Program-made: the position numbers and the translations under genes
From: Candidatus Udaeobacter sp.
Lineage (GTDB): Bacteria > Verrucomicrobiota > Verrucomicrobiia > Chthoniobacterales > UBA10450
Assembly (NCBI GenBank): GCA_036499425.1
Contig: DASYDT010000135.1
Location: forward strand, 12,757 to 76,756
Length of the DNA: 64,000 bases
Reading direction: 5' to 3'
Part shown: one piece after another, positions 9,967 through 19,443 of the stretch
How the letters are laid out: every line of letters begins with the position of its first letter
Position numbering within the stretch: position 1 is the stretch's first letter
Notes under the pieces: generated by a model
Seen by the model: only the letters and a program-made list of their open reading frames with translations
Told to the model about the DNA's origin: nothing
Databases searched by the model: none

Positions 9967-11796
9967 ATGGGAACGATCCCTTCGGAGACAATCGAACAAA
10001 TCGCCGCTGCGAACGACATCGTCGAAGTGATCGGCTCGTATTTTCCGCTCAAACGCGCGGGAGCAAATTTTAAGGCGCTCTGTCCGTTTCATCAGGAGAA
10101 GACGCCGTCGTTCACGGTGAGCCCGAGCCGGCAGACATTTCATTGTTTCGGTTGTGGTGCAGGTGGGAGCGTCTTCCGGTTCGTGATGGATTACGAGCAT
10201 ACAGATTTTCCGTCAGTTGTGCGCAAACTCGCTGCGCGAGTCGGCATCACGGTGGTGGAGAAGCGTGGCGCGGCGGATGAAGATCGACAGCACGAGACGC
10301 GCCGGACGCTGTTGAAACTTCATGGTGAAGCTGCGGAATGGTTCCATGAAAATTTGATCAGGAGAGAGGTCGGCGAACCGGCACGACAATACCTGAAACA
10401 GCGCAGCATCACGGCGGAAATCGCGAAGCGCTGGCAACTGGGCTACGCGCCTAACGAGTGGGACGCATTCGGGAGTTGGGCGCGCGGACGCGGCTACGAT
10501 GCGCGCGACCTGATTACCAGCGGCCTGGTCAAGACCAAGGACGAAACCGACTCCGACCAAACTTCAAACCTCAAACCTCAAACCTCATATGATCGTTTTC
10601 GCGGGCGCATCATGTTCCCAATACACAACGACTTGGGCGAAGTGATCGCATTCAGCGGCCGGCTTCTAAAAAATGAAGAGGGCGCAGCGAAATATTTGAA
10701 CTCGCCCGAGACGCCGCTTTTTCGGAAAGGCAACGTGCTTTTTGGGTTGCACAAATCCAAACGGGCGTTGATCGAGGCCAACTGCGCGATCGTGTGTGAA
10801 GGCCAAATCGATTTGATCAGTTTGTTCGAAGCGGGAATCACGAACGTGGTCGCGCCGCAGGGGACAGCCTTTACAGAAAATCAGGCGCGGATCCTGAAAC
10901 GTTTTGTAGATGAAGTGGTTCTCTGTTTCGATTCGGATGCAGCCGGCGCCAAAGCCGCCGAGCGTTCTCTCGATGCGTTGTTGCAAAACGATTTGATCGT
11001 GCGCGTAGTGGAGCTGCCGCGTGGTGAAGATCCCGATTCTCTGGTTCGTCAAGAGGGGAAAGAGGGATTCGAAAACCGCGTCGCGAGTGCGCGAGATTTT
11101 TTTGATTATTGGATCGAGCGCGAGATGGGGGCGGCGGACGTGAGCTCTCTCGGTGCGAAATTACAGGTCGCGCGCAGATTGGCCGAGACTGTCTCGCGGG
11201 TGCACGATCCGCTCATGCGTGGGGAGGTAGTGAACAAGGCGTCCGCGCGGCTCGGTGTCTCTCCCGCGGATTTCGGAACACTCCTCTCGACAAAGCCTCG
11301 CGGAACTGCTTCCTCGGAGACGCCATCGTCTGGGCGTGCTCGGGCGGCGCCAGCGCCGCGACACGACATTGCGATGCTTTGCCTTGTGGCGTTGCGCGAT
11401 GGGCCGGCACGAAATTTTCTTCTCGCACAAAATTGGCGCGAGACTCTCGAGCAAGTCCCAGACACGGAAATTCTCATCCGCATTCTTCAAAGTGAACTAC
11501 ACCCTGATGATCCTGCATCCCTGAGCGCTTTCATGGCCACGCTCTCCCCCGCGGAGGAGGCGCTCGTTTCAGCATGGCTGCTGCAAAAAGTGCCCGCCGC
11601 CGCAGAGACGGTGGTTGAGAAATGGTGGCTTGGCATTCGGCATGCCGTGCTGCGGCGCCGGCTGGCCGCCGCACAGAACCGCACAAAGCTTCCGGAATTG
11701 AGCACCGGGGACATCGTAAATTTGCAGAAACAAATTCTTGACCTGCAGGAACAGCTCCACGAGCTTTCGCAGCCCGCCGGCGCGGCCGACAATTAG
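9967..11796 (+). CDS. dnaG: DNA primase
   Basis: CHC2 zinc finger CPFHQEKTPSFTVSPSRQTFHCFGCG and a TOPRIM region (VCEGQIDLISL...CFDSDAAG). Sits upstream of rpoD. Confidence 0.95.
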   Translation: MGTIPSETIEQIAAANDIVEVIGSYFPLKRAGANFKALCPFHQEKTPSFTVSPSRQTFHCFGCGAGGSVFRFVMDYEHTDFPSVVRKLAARVGITVVEKRGAADEDRQHETRRTLLKLHGEAAEWFHENLIRREVGEPARQYLKQRSITAEIAKRWQLGYAPNEWDAFGSWARGRGYDARDLITSGLVKTKDETDSDQTSNLKPQTSYDRFRGRIMFPIHNDLGEVIAFSGRLLKNEEGAAKYLNSPETPLFRKGNVLFGLHKSKRALIEANCAIVCEGQIDLISLFEAGITNVVAPQGTAFTENQARILKRFVDEVVLCFDSDAAGAKAAERSLDALLQNDLIVRVVELPRGEDPDSLVRQEGKEGFENRVASARDFFDYWIEREMGAADVSSLGAKLQVARRLAETVSRVHDPLMRGEVVNKASARLGVSPADFGTLLSTKPRGTASSETPSSGRARAAPAPRHDIAMLCLVALRDGPARNFLLAQNWRETLEQVPDTEILIRILQSELHPDDPASLSAFMATLSPAEEALVSAWLLQKVPAAAETVVEKWWLGIRHAVLRRRLAAAQNRTKLPELSTGDIVNLQKQILDLQEQLHELSQPAGAADN

Positions 11797-11857
11797 GTGT
11801 CGGTCAAATTGCCGCGCGGCAGGTCGAAGGTCTTAGTCAATCCGTAACCACACTATC

Positions 11858-13705
11858 TTGGCCAGGCATTCGAAACGAAGGGGAGGCAGGCGACAATCGT
11901 CGGCGCAACGGCTTAATCGAAGGCACCCTCGCCGCAGCGTACAAAAAAGGTCTTTTGCTCTTCGAAAGAATCGGAAAAAGCCAGGAATCGCTACGCTCAA
12001 AACCAAGCGCATCAGACCCAGCTCGACGCGGAGTAATAACGGATCGCGGCCTGAACGAGCGGGGCAGTTGTCGGCCGCTGATTTATTTTCGACTATTGAA
12101 GTCCAGAGCCGCATTCGTGAACTGATCAAGCTGGCAAAAGAACAAGGCTACCTGACATTTGATGATCTAAACGAGGCGTTGCCTGAGGGAGTCACCGACG
12201 CTGATGAACTGGATCTTATCCTTACGCGTCTGCGCCGTTTGGAGATCGACATTATTGAAGCGTCGGAGGTGGATCGCTACAAGGATGGTAAGAAAGACGC
12301 TGACGAGGAGGAAGAAGAGGAAGAGAGACCAGAAACAAAGGTTGATATTCTCGACGACCCGGTGCGGATGTATCTCAAGCAGATGGGCCAGGTGCCGCTC
12401 CTGAGCCGGGAACAGGAAGTCGAAATATCCAAACGGATCGAAGAAGCCGAGGGGATGGTGCAGAAGCATATTAGTCGCTTTGGCTTCGTTGCGCGCGCCC
12501 ATCTCGATCTTGCCCAAAAGCTACTCGAGGGCCGGGAACGGTTTGACCGAGTGATTCTCGACAAAAAAATCGAGAGCCGGGAAAGATATATGAAGAACCT
12601 CCCGCGCCTTTGCAGACAGGTGAACCAACTAAGCGCGTCGATTAGCCGGCAATTTTGCGATCTTGTGCGCAACTCTTCGAAGAAACGTTCCCAAAAGTTC
12701 AGGGCCTTGCAGAGAACCATGAGTTCACTGCAGCGGATTTATCCGCATTTTTTCCTTAAGCAGAGAGTCACTGAGGAATTTGTGCACCTGGCGGACGACG
12801 CGCATCACACGTCGCTTTACCTTCAAACCGAGATTGCCAAAAATCCTCGCGGTCAAAAAAGGCGGCTGCAACTTCAGAACAAGATGCGCGAGTTAGAAAA
12901 GGGCCTTTGGTTTTCGCTTTCTGACTATGAAGAAGAGTATCGGACGCTCAAGGGCTGGCTGCGTCAGGCGTTCAAGGCCAAAACCGAAATGGTTGAAGCC
13001 AATCTCCGTCTGGTAATTTCTATCGCAAAAAAATATACCAATCGCGGCCTGTCGTTTCTCGACCTGATCCAGGAAGGGAATATGGGATTAATGAAGGCGG
13101 TCGAGAAATTCGAATATCGCCGGGGTTACAAATTTTCCACTTACGCGACGTGGTGGATTCGCCAAGCCATCACCCGCTCCATCGCCGACCAGGCGCGCAC
13201 GATTCGCATTCCCGTGCACATGATTGAGACGATCAACAAGCTCATGCGTGTACAGAAACAGCTGGTGCAGGAATACGGGCGAGAACCGTCGCCTGAAGAA
13301 GTGGCGGAAGAGGTTCTCCTGCCAGTGGATCGTGTTCGCGCGGTGCTCAAGATGGCCCAGCAGCCAATCTCGCTCCAATCCCCGGTAGGCGAGAGCGAGG
13401 AAACAAATTTCGGGGACTTTATCGAGGACAGAGGCGCCGAAAATCCGAGCGATATGACGGCCATTGTCTTACTGAAGGAAAAAATCAAGGATGTCTTGGA
13501 GACGCTCACGGATCGGGAGCGGCAAGTGCTAGAACAACGATTCGGGCTGGTCGATGGATACAGCCGAACCTTGGAGGAAGTAGGCCGGCAGTTTCAGGTT
13601 ACTCGCGAGCGCATTCGCCAGATCGAAGCAAAGGCGTTGCGCAAAATGCGGCATCCAACCCGTATCCGGCAACTGGAGGGATTCCTTGAAGCCCCTGGAC
13701 TTTGA
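11858..13705 (+). CDS. rpoD: Primary RNA polymerase sigma factor (sigma-70)
   Basis: Region 1.1 ([16 protein letters not shown]), region 2 ([36 protein letters not shown]), and regions 3 and 4 ([20 protein letters not shown]). The start is uncertain: TTG at 11858 (70-aa Arg/Lys-rich extension) or TTG at 12068. Confidence 0.95.
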   Translation: MARHSKRRGGRRQSSAQRLNRRHPRRSVQKRSFALRKNRKKPGIATLKTKRIRPSSTRSNNGSRPERAGQLSAADLFSTIEVQSRIRELIKLAKEQGYLTFDDLNEALPEGVTDADELDLILTRLRRLEIDIIEASEVDRYKDGKKDADEEEEEEERPETKVDILDDPVRMYLKQMGQVPLLSREQEVEISKRIEEAEGMVQKHISRFGFVARAHLDLAQKLLEGRERFDRVILDKKIESRERYMKNLPRLCRQVNQLSASISRQFCDLVRNSSKKRSQKFRALQRTMSSLQRIYPHFFLKQRVTEEFVHLADDAHHTSLYLQTEIAKNPRGQKRRLQLQNKMRELEKGLWFSLSDYEEEYRTLKGWLRQAFKAKTEMVEANLRLVISIAKKYTNRGLSFLDLIQEGNMGLMKAVEKFEYRRGYKFSTYATWWIRQAITRSIADQARTIRIPVHMIETINKLMRVQKQLVQEYGREPSPEEVAEEVLLPVDRVRAVLKMAQQPISLQSPVGESEETNFGDFIEDRGAENPSDMTAIVLLKEKIKDVLETLTDRERQVLEQRFGLVDGYSRTLEEVGRQFQVTRERIRQIEAKALRKMRHPTRIRQLEGFLEAPGL

Positions 13706-13773
13706 ACATGGATTTTCAGTCCTCATTCGAGCGCAACTTCCGCCTCTGCAAATAGTTCAATTGACTGGAGACT

Positions 13774-14127
13774 ATGGAACGTCAAGATGACAATGAGTTG
13801 TGGGATATTCTCGGGCGTGTTCCCGAACCCACGCTCTCGCCATTCTTCGCCCGGAACGTGCTGAGAAAAATCCGCCAGAAAGCGACCGGTTTCGACCGGG
13901 CGCGAAATTGGTTTAGCCTGCGAAGACTTGTCACAGCATTCGCTGTGGCAGTCGTCGTGGTCGGCATGGCTATCGCCACGCATCATCCAGTCTCGCAGAG
14001 AGCGTCTGCAAATGATTCAGACGTGGTGGCTAAAATCGATCCACAGGATTATGACGTCGTGGCTGATCTGGATGAATTGATCGCCTGGGATGAAAATACC
14101 GTGTGGGAAGATAAACCGACGTTGTGA
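13774..14127 (+). CDS. Hypothetical single-pass membrane protein (anti-sigma-factor-like architecture)
   Basis: 117 aa. Cytoplasmic N-terminus (LWDILGRVPEPTLSPFFARNVL), one TM helix (VTAFAVAVVVVGMAIA) and an acidic extracytoplasmic tail. Confidence 0.5.
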   Translation: MERQDDNELWDILGRVPEPTLSPFFARNVLRKIRQKATGFDRARNWFSLRRLVTAFAVAVVVVGMAIATHHPVSQRASANDSDVVAKIDPQDYDVVADLDELIAWDENTVWEDKPTL

Positions 14128-14671
14128 ACTGATCGCCCTGTCGGTTTTGGTTTTATCCTGCGCAGCGGCGCAAGCGCAACCACAAGGGCAGTCACATCGA
14201 GCGATGAGTCGGCCGATGGCCGGGCCTCCGCACGCGCCACCGGCAGGTCAGAACATGGGGCCTGCGCATGGGTCAGCAGGCCAGAGCATGCGTGAACGCT
14301 GGCTCGCAATGCCACCGGAAGCTCGTCAGAATTTCCAGCGCAACGCCGAACGCTGGATGCGGATGAGCCCGGAGGAGCGCAACATCATGCGCCAGCGAGA
14401 AAATCTGCGGCGTGAAGCCATCAAGCGGGAGACTGAAGCGGCGATTCGGGACTCCGGCCTCCACCTGAATCCTCAGGAACGCGCTCAATTCGAATCTCGC
14501 TACATGCAGGAACGCCGAAAAGTAGAACAAACGCTCCGGCAGCAAATCGAAGCGGAACGGCAAAAAGAACTTCCAGCGCTGATTCAACAGTTGAAAAAAG
14601 AATTCCAAATTGACGAGCCGGCCAGAAGTCCCGCGACTAAATCAGCGGAGTCGCCGAATCCGAAAAACTAG
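14090..14671 (+). CDS. Hypothetical secreted protein with repeated RW..M.PEER helices (DUF3106-like)
   Basis: Signal peptide ending AQA. Repeated motifs RERWLAMPPEAR and AERWMRMSPEER. Overlaps the stop of the previous ORF. Confidence 0.5.
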   Translation: MKIPCGKINRRCELIALSVLVLSCAAAQAQPQGQSHRAMSRPMAGPPHAPPAGQNMGPAHGSAGQSMRERWLAMPPEARQNFQRNAERWMRMSPEERNIMRQRENLRREAIKRETEAAIRDSGLHLNPQERAQFESRYMQERRKVEQTLRQQIEAERQKELPALIQQLKKEFQIDEPARSPATKSAESPNPKN

Positions 14672-14716
14672 AGGCCAACATCCCCCTTTTTTCTTCACGC
14701 GGAAGGGATTTGCCCC

Positions 14717-14755
14717 TAAAAAATGTTGCTGGCTCGAAATTGCTTTCGAGCCAGC
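14717..14755 (-). terminator. Rho-independent terminator for the Tyr-rich peptide gene
   Basis: Perfect 12-bp palindromic stem GCTGGCTCGAAA / TTTCGAGCCAGC (14728-14755). On the minus strand it is followed, after AACA, by TTTTTT. Confidence 0.5.
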
Positions 14756-14790
14756 TCAATCTGGATCTGGTTTTTAGATCCTACCTCACC

Positions 14791-15048
14791 TTAGTATCCG
14801 TGATAATGGTGGTGACGATGGTGGCGGTAGTAATATCGATGCCCGCCGTACCAATAATAAGGCCGGTAGTAGCCATAGTACGGATACGGTCGGTAGTAGC
14901 CATATGGGTAATACCCATAATAACCGGGGTACCCATAGTAGCCGGGAAATCCGAACCCTATTCCGACCGAAACGCCAGCGTCAGAACGCTGCGCGGGAAC
15001 GAAAGCCAGTGCCCCGGCCACCAATCCAATTAAGAGAAGTTTTTTCAT
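14791..15048 (-). CDS. Small secreted Tyr/Gly/His/Arg-rich low-complexity protein
   Basis: AAGG SD and a signal peptide MKKLLLIGLVAGALAFVPA. The mature part is almost only Y, G, P, R and H (GYYGYPGYYGYYPYGYYRPY...RHHRHHHYHGY). A terminator lies downstream. Confidence 0.55.
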   Translation of the reverse strand: MKKLLLIGLVAGALAFVPAQRSDAGVSVGIGFGFPGYYGYPGYYGYYPYGYYRPYPYYGYYRPYYWYGGHRYYYRHHRHHHYHGY

Positions 15049-15103
15049 TGTTTTACCTTAATTAAACCGACGCTAGAAGGGAAAGTTTTTCGATTTATTC
15101 GGC

Positions 15104-16126
15104 TCAAAGAGTCCCGGGATACCCCGTAATGCAAACGCTTTGCCCAATCTTTCGATATGAAACGCAGCGGAGGCGCAACGCAGCCTCAGTGTTTTCGGCG
15201 CCCCGGCCCGGGAACGCGACCACTGGTCCTCCGCTCAAGACCGGACCCAAGTAAAGTTGCACTTTGTCAATGAGACGCGCATCGAGCGCTTGGCCGAGCA
15301 CTTCGCCCCCGCCCTCAATCAGCACACTAGTGATACCTCGTTTGCCCAGGTTTTTTAGGACGGTGGCTAGAGATTTATCGCGATAAATCAGCGTTCGTGA
15401 AGCGAACCGGTCGGAAAACAGGCGAGCGCGCCGTGGAAGCTTGCCTGAACGGGTCAGCACAACCCGCCACGGTTGTCGCATCCTGCGCACACCGCGCACG
15501 GTTAATCGCGGATTGTCCGCACGTACCGTTTCTGCGCCAACCAGAATTGCATCCATACCAGCGCGAAGCCTACGTGCGTGATGGCGGGCCGAAGGATCTG
15601 TGATCCACCTAGGTTCGCCGGCAGGCCGCATCAATCGACCATCAAGCGACATTCCGCACTTCGCGATCACGAAAGGCTGCCCACAAGCAATCCACTTGTT
15701 GAAAGCTTCGTTGAGCCGTGAGCATTCATCAGCCAAAATGCCTTCTCGCACTTTAACCCCCGCATTTCGCAATTGCATGATACCTCTACCAGAGTGGCGT
15801 GGATTCACGTCAATCGCACCGACGACTACGTTTTTGACACCAGTCTTAATTATCGCATCTGTGCACGGAGCAGTGCGCCCTGCCGTGGAGCACGGTTCCA
15901 GGGTAACGTACAATGTGGCGCGAGCAGGCACTCGCGCATCGAAATCACAAAGGCACTCAATCTCAGCATGATCGCGCCCCGCTCCTCGATGGTGTCCTTT
16001 CGCTACGATTCGATCCCCGACGACAAGGATTGCTCCAACCGCGGGATTAGGACTAGTCTGACCGAGAGCTTTCTTTGCCTCGTTGAGTGCGGCACGCATG
16101 AATTTTTTGTCTCGTTGCGCCTTCAT
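15104..16126 (-). CDS. ribD: Bifunctional riboflavin biosynthesis protein RibD (deaminase/reductase)
   Basis: Deaminase zinc motifs HAEIECL and PCSTAGRTAPC, plus a C-terminal RibD reductase domain (SLDGRL...VEGGGEV). Confidence 0.9.
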   Translation of the reverse strand: MKAQRDKKFMRAALNEAKKALGQTSPNPAVGAILVVGDRIVAKGHHRGAGRDHAEIECLCDFDARVPARATLYVTLEPCSTAGRTAPCTDAIIKTGVKNVVVGAIDVNPRHSGRGIMQLRNAGVKVREGILADECSRLNEAFNKWIACGQPFVIAKCGMSLDGRLMRPAGEPRWITDPSARHHARRLRAGMDAILVGAETVRADNPRLTVRGVRRMRQPWRVVLTRSGKLPRRARLFSDRFASRTLIYRDKSLATVLKNLGKRGITSVLIEGGGEVLGQALDARLIDKVQLYLGPVLSGGPVVAFPGRGAENTEAALRLRCVSYRKIGQSVCITGYPGTL

Positions 16127-16623
16127 GATCTCGCTACATGAGCAGCCGTTCAGCCAAGCTCCTCCGTTTGCGACAATATAACATTTTTAACAACTTAACG
16201 TCGCGAAAGCCGCGTGGCCGACCGGGACTTGAACCCGCAACTGAGCAACGTCACGACAGCAACGAACCGTCCCTCACTAACACTTCGCGTCTTCCTTTCC
16301 CTCACGGAGAGGATTGAGAGAGAGGCCACGGCAGGAAGACCTGCCGCCCTTTCACAAGCCATCGCTTGCGGTGTTTATGGGAGCGCGATACCCCGCGTTG
16401 AAGGCAGCAGTGACCCGTCCCATGTTTGGACAGCGTTAACATTTCAACTCGCGCCGCACCGACTGTTCGAAGACGGCGTCGGTGCGAATGATTCGTTGGG
16501 TCAGGTGGAATCGCGTGGCGAAGCAAACGGCGTATAAAAAAAGGCGAAACGCCTCTGATCGGCGGCAGTATCGCCAGCAAGTCGTCGAGCCGGCGCGGTC
16601 GATGACAACGTTCGGGCGCGACG

Positions 16624-16806
16624 ATATGTTTATTGCTTTCGGATTAGTCGCTGTGACTCTCGCCGTGTACGCCCAAGTGATGAGCCATCAATTCATCATC
16701 CTGGGTGAAATCGCTATATCCGTGAGAACGCAATCGTAAGGCAGGGACTGACGCTGATTAGAATCGCGTGGGCATTCACCACTTTTTGCGCCGCCAACTG
16801 GCATAA
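16624..16806 (+). pseudogene. Frameshifted, 3'-truncated remnant of a membrane TPR/PMT-type protein N-terminus
   Basis: Frame A reads MFIAFGLVAVTLAVYAQVMSHQFI. After a shift near 16705-16715, frame B reads RYIRENAIVRQGLTLIRIAWAFTTFCAANWH. This matches the usual start of that family as I remember it, and similarity then stops. Confidence 0.35.
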
Positions 16807-16897
16807 ATTCTTTGTTTTTCAATCCTCTGCGCTTTCAGCGCGAGAACGCGCGATGCAGCCATTGCGAAGGCCGGTTGTGCGTTAGACGTTAGACGCA

Positions 16898-18046
16898 ATG
16901 ATTTTCACAAACGCGCGTTTGATTTTTCCAGACGGAATTCGCGATGGGCTAGAACTCGTCGTTGAAAAAGGAAAGATCGCCGCGATTCGCGAGCAGACAC
17001 ATTGTCGCGGAAAAGAGATTGTCGATCTCGGCGAAAATTATCTCGCACCTGGTTTCATTGATCTTCACGTGCACGGCGCGCTTGGCCGCGACACAATGGA
17101 GGGATCCGCTGAGGCGTTTCAAGCCATCTGCGACTATCACGCCAGCGGCGGCACCACTTCGCTTTTGCTCACCACCGCGACAGCGCCGATGGAGAAGATC
17201 GTCGATAAGCTAAAGGCGGTCCGAGATTATCGATTTCCCATCAGCCCGATTGCAGGCGTTCATTTAGAAGGCCCGTTCATCTCAAGAGCAAGATGCGGCG
17301 CGCAACGCGCGGAATTTATTCAGGATCCGTCACCGACTGGTGTGCGGCAGTTGCACGACTACGCGGATGTGATCAAACGCGTCACGATTGCGCCCGAACT
17401 GCCGGGAGCGCTGGAGGCGATCGAAAATTTTCGCAGCCATGGAATCAGCGTAAGTGGGGGTCATAGCGATGCCTGGGACGAAGAAGCGCGCGCCGCGTTC
17501 GAACATGGCATGCGCAGCGTCACGCACACATTTAATTGCATGTCGAGCGCGCGTCGCCGCGGGGTCTATCGAGTCGGCGGGTTGCTTGAGTTCGCATTGA
17601 GCGAGCCGCAGATCAGTTGCGAATTGATCGCTGACAGCCATCACGTCTCGCCGACTTTGATGAAGATGTTGTATCGCGCCAAAGGGGCGGGTGGAATTTG
17701 TCTTGTGACTGACGCAACCGCTGGTGCCGGGTTGCCGAATGGATCGCGATTTTCGCTCTTCGGCAATGATTGCGTTGTGGAAGGCGGCGTTTGTTTGCTC
17801 GCTGATCGCTCAGCGCTTACCGGTAGCGCCTCGCAGATGATCGACCTTGTACGAACGATGGTGCAGAAGGTTGATGTTCCGTTACATGAGGCGGTCGCAA
17901 TGGCGACGCAAAATCCCGCACGCGCAATCGGTCTCGAAACCAAGGGTCAGCTGACTGTCGGCGCAGACGCAGATTTGGTCGTTCTCTCTCCGGATTTGCG
18001 AGTGTTGCGAACATTCGCTGGCGGCGAGGAAATCTGGTCTGAGTAA
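16898..18046 (+). CDS. nagA: N-acetylglucosamine-6-phosphate deacetylase
   Basis: Amidohydrolase motifs GFIDLHVHGALG, HLEGPF and the HxF/THTFN region; 382 aa. Confidence 0.9.
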   Translation: MIFTNARLIFPDGIRDGLELVVEKGKIAAIREQTHCRGKEIVDLGENYLAPGFIDLHVHGALGRDTMEGSAEAFQAICDYHASGGTTSLLLTTATAPMEKIVDKLKAVRDYRFPISPIAGVHLEGPFISRARCGAQRAEFIQDPSPTGVRQLHDYADVIKRVTIAPELPGALEAIENFRSHGISVSGGHSDAWDEEARAAFEHGMRSVTHTFNCMSSARRRGVYRVGGLLEFALSEPQISCELIADSHHVSPTLMKMLYRAKGAGGICLVTDATAGAGLPNGSRFSLFGNDCVVEGGVCLLADRSALTGSASQMIDLVRTMVQKVDVPLHEAVAMATQNPARAIGLETKGQLTVGADADLVVLSPDLRVLRTFAGGEEIWSE

Positions 18047-18062
18047 CGAGGAATAGACGCAT

Positions 18063-18093
18063 GGTAGGGACGCCGCAGCGCGCCGACCCTACC
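18063..18093. repeat. REP-B GC-rich palindromic element (short copy)
   Basis: GGTAGGGACGCCGCAGCGCGCCGACCCTACC, in the convergent nagA/GT28 spacer. Confidence 0.65.
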
Positions 18094-18125
18094 GAATATC
18101 CGTGTCCATTCCTGGTTTAGTAGAA

Positions 18126-19214
18126 CTACAGCGACATCAGAAATTCCGCGATATCGAGCGCAGCGCGTGGGCGGCTGAGCTTACTGATGTTGCTAGCCCA
18201 TTCGCGCCACTGTTTTGCTTCATTAGTGAACGCACGTTCGATTTGCGCAACTACTTCCCGTGGTGAAAGCGCGATCACCCCGGAATTGCTTTCGACGATC
18301 AAGCGGGCGTTGCCTTCCTCCTGACCCGCAACGACGTGATTGATGATCATTGGACAACCGGCAGCGATAGTTTCCTGCACAGTCGCGCCACCGGCTTTGC
18401 CGATGAGCAAATGGCTTTCATGCAGCATCCGCGGAAGTTCATTGGTCCAACCTACGATGTTTGCTGCGCGTCCATCTACAGCCGCTTCGATTGCCGGCCG
18501 AAGTTTATCAGCGTGGCCGATCGTCACCGTAAGTTCGACGTCAAGCCTTGCGAGCAATCCCACCAGTCCCGGCGCGCCGCGCGTCGCAGCATGGATCATG
18601 TACAAAACGCGGGGCTTCGGATTACTGGAAGGTAATTGTCGATCGTTCGTGAAATCGGCAAATTTCGGGCTTATGGGAAATCCAAATATCTTGATTTTCT
18701 CCGGCGCGACTCCCGCCGATCGCAAGACCGAGTCGCTCTGCTCGTTCGCAACGAGAAAATAATCACCGGGACTCCGGTACCACGAGGCGTTAATGGTGAT
18801 CGAATCCGTGACGATCACGACACATTTGCAGTGCCTCTCGGGTCCCAAAATCTCCTGAAGCACATTCGCGTAGGCCGGGAAAGAGCAAACGACAATGTCC
18901 GGGCGAAAATCGGCGAGCAGGGGAGCGAAATGACTCTTAAGTCGAGTCAATCGCCGAAATTCTGTGTCGTAATCTGTCTTGCGATCGAGCCAGCGATAGA
19001 CGATCCCCCAGGCGCGCGGCGCAGAATTCACCAGCGCCAGATAACTTCGGCGCACGAACTCATTGATCGATCCATAAGCTTCGGCAAACAGATCCCGCAA
19101 TTCCACGTCGGTCTCGTTCGATGCGACGCGAGCGAGACCGTCGCGCACTCCTCGCGCAGCGCTGTTGTGGCCCTCTCCGAAGCCGGCCGTGAGGATCAGG
19201 ATTCTTTTTTTCAT
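18126..19214 (-). CDS. GT28-family glycosyltransferase (monogalactosyldiacylglycerol synthase / UgtP-like)
   Basis: N-terminus MKKRILILTAGFGEGHNSAA is typical of the MGDG-synthase family. C-terminal GT-B motif KAGGATVQETIAAGCPMI. Confidence 0.8.
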   Translation of the reverse strand: MKKRILILTAGFGEGHNSAARGVRDGLARVASNETDVELRDLFAEAYGSINEFVRRSYLALVNSAPRAWGIVYRWLDRKTDYDTEFRRLTRLKSHFAPLLADFRPDIVVCSFPAYANVLQEILGPERHCKCVVIVTDSITINASWYRSPGDYFLVANEQSDSVLRSAGVAPEKIKIFGFPISPKFADFTNDRQLPSSNPKPRVLYMIHAATRGAPGLVGLLARLDVELTVTIGHADKLRPAIEAAVDGRAANIVGWTNELPRMLHESHLLIGKAGGATVQETIAAGCPMIINHVVAGQEEGNARLIVESNSGVIALSPREVVAQIERAFTNEAKQWREWASNISKLSRPRAALDIAEFLMSL

Positions 19215-19241
19215 CGATCGTTAGCCGACACGAACGAGCTT

Positions 19242-19354
19242 GTCATGTTGAGCGAAGCGAAACAAAACATCTCTAGCTATTCTCTTGGTTGAAGAAATAA
19301 TCAGAGATTCTTCGCGGAGCCTGTCCTGAGCAAGGCCGAAGGGCTCAGAATGAC
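19242..19354. repeat. REP-A inverted-repeat element
   Basis: Left arm GTCATGTTGAGCGAAGCGAA..ATCTCT. Right arm AGAGATTCTTCGC...GCTCAGAATGAC. Lies in the divergent GT28/yihY spacer. Confidence 0.7.
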
Positions 19355-19443
19355 AGCTTTGAAGGCTAGTTATTCGCCAGAGTCCCGCGACTGCGGGAGA
19401 CTTTAATGGATATTTACGTGCGGCAAAGTAAACTCTGCCGGCG

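Noticed and set aside
16214-16580. tmRNA, RNase P RNA, FMN riboswitch (ribD leader), tRNA-Sec or a YrlA-like Y RNA built around the T-arm-like sequence at 16214-16238
   Set aside because: - tmRNA: no G-U/ACCA-type acceptor, no 5' GGGG..TTCGAC partner strand, and no tag ORF ending in AA-stop.
- RNase P RNA: no GAGGAAAGTCCGGGC or ACAGAACCCGGCTTA.
- FMN riboswitch: no RFN core (CCGACGGCGGTA, AGTCTGGATGGGAGA).
- tRNA-Sec or any other tRNA: no D or anticodon arms could be folded.
- YrlA-like Y RNA: no rsr gene nearby.

The sequence is kept only as a tRNA-like fragment in the findings.
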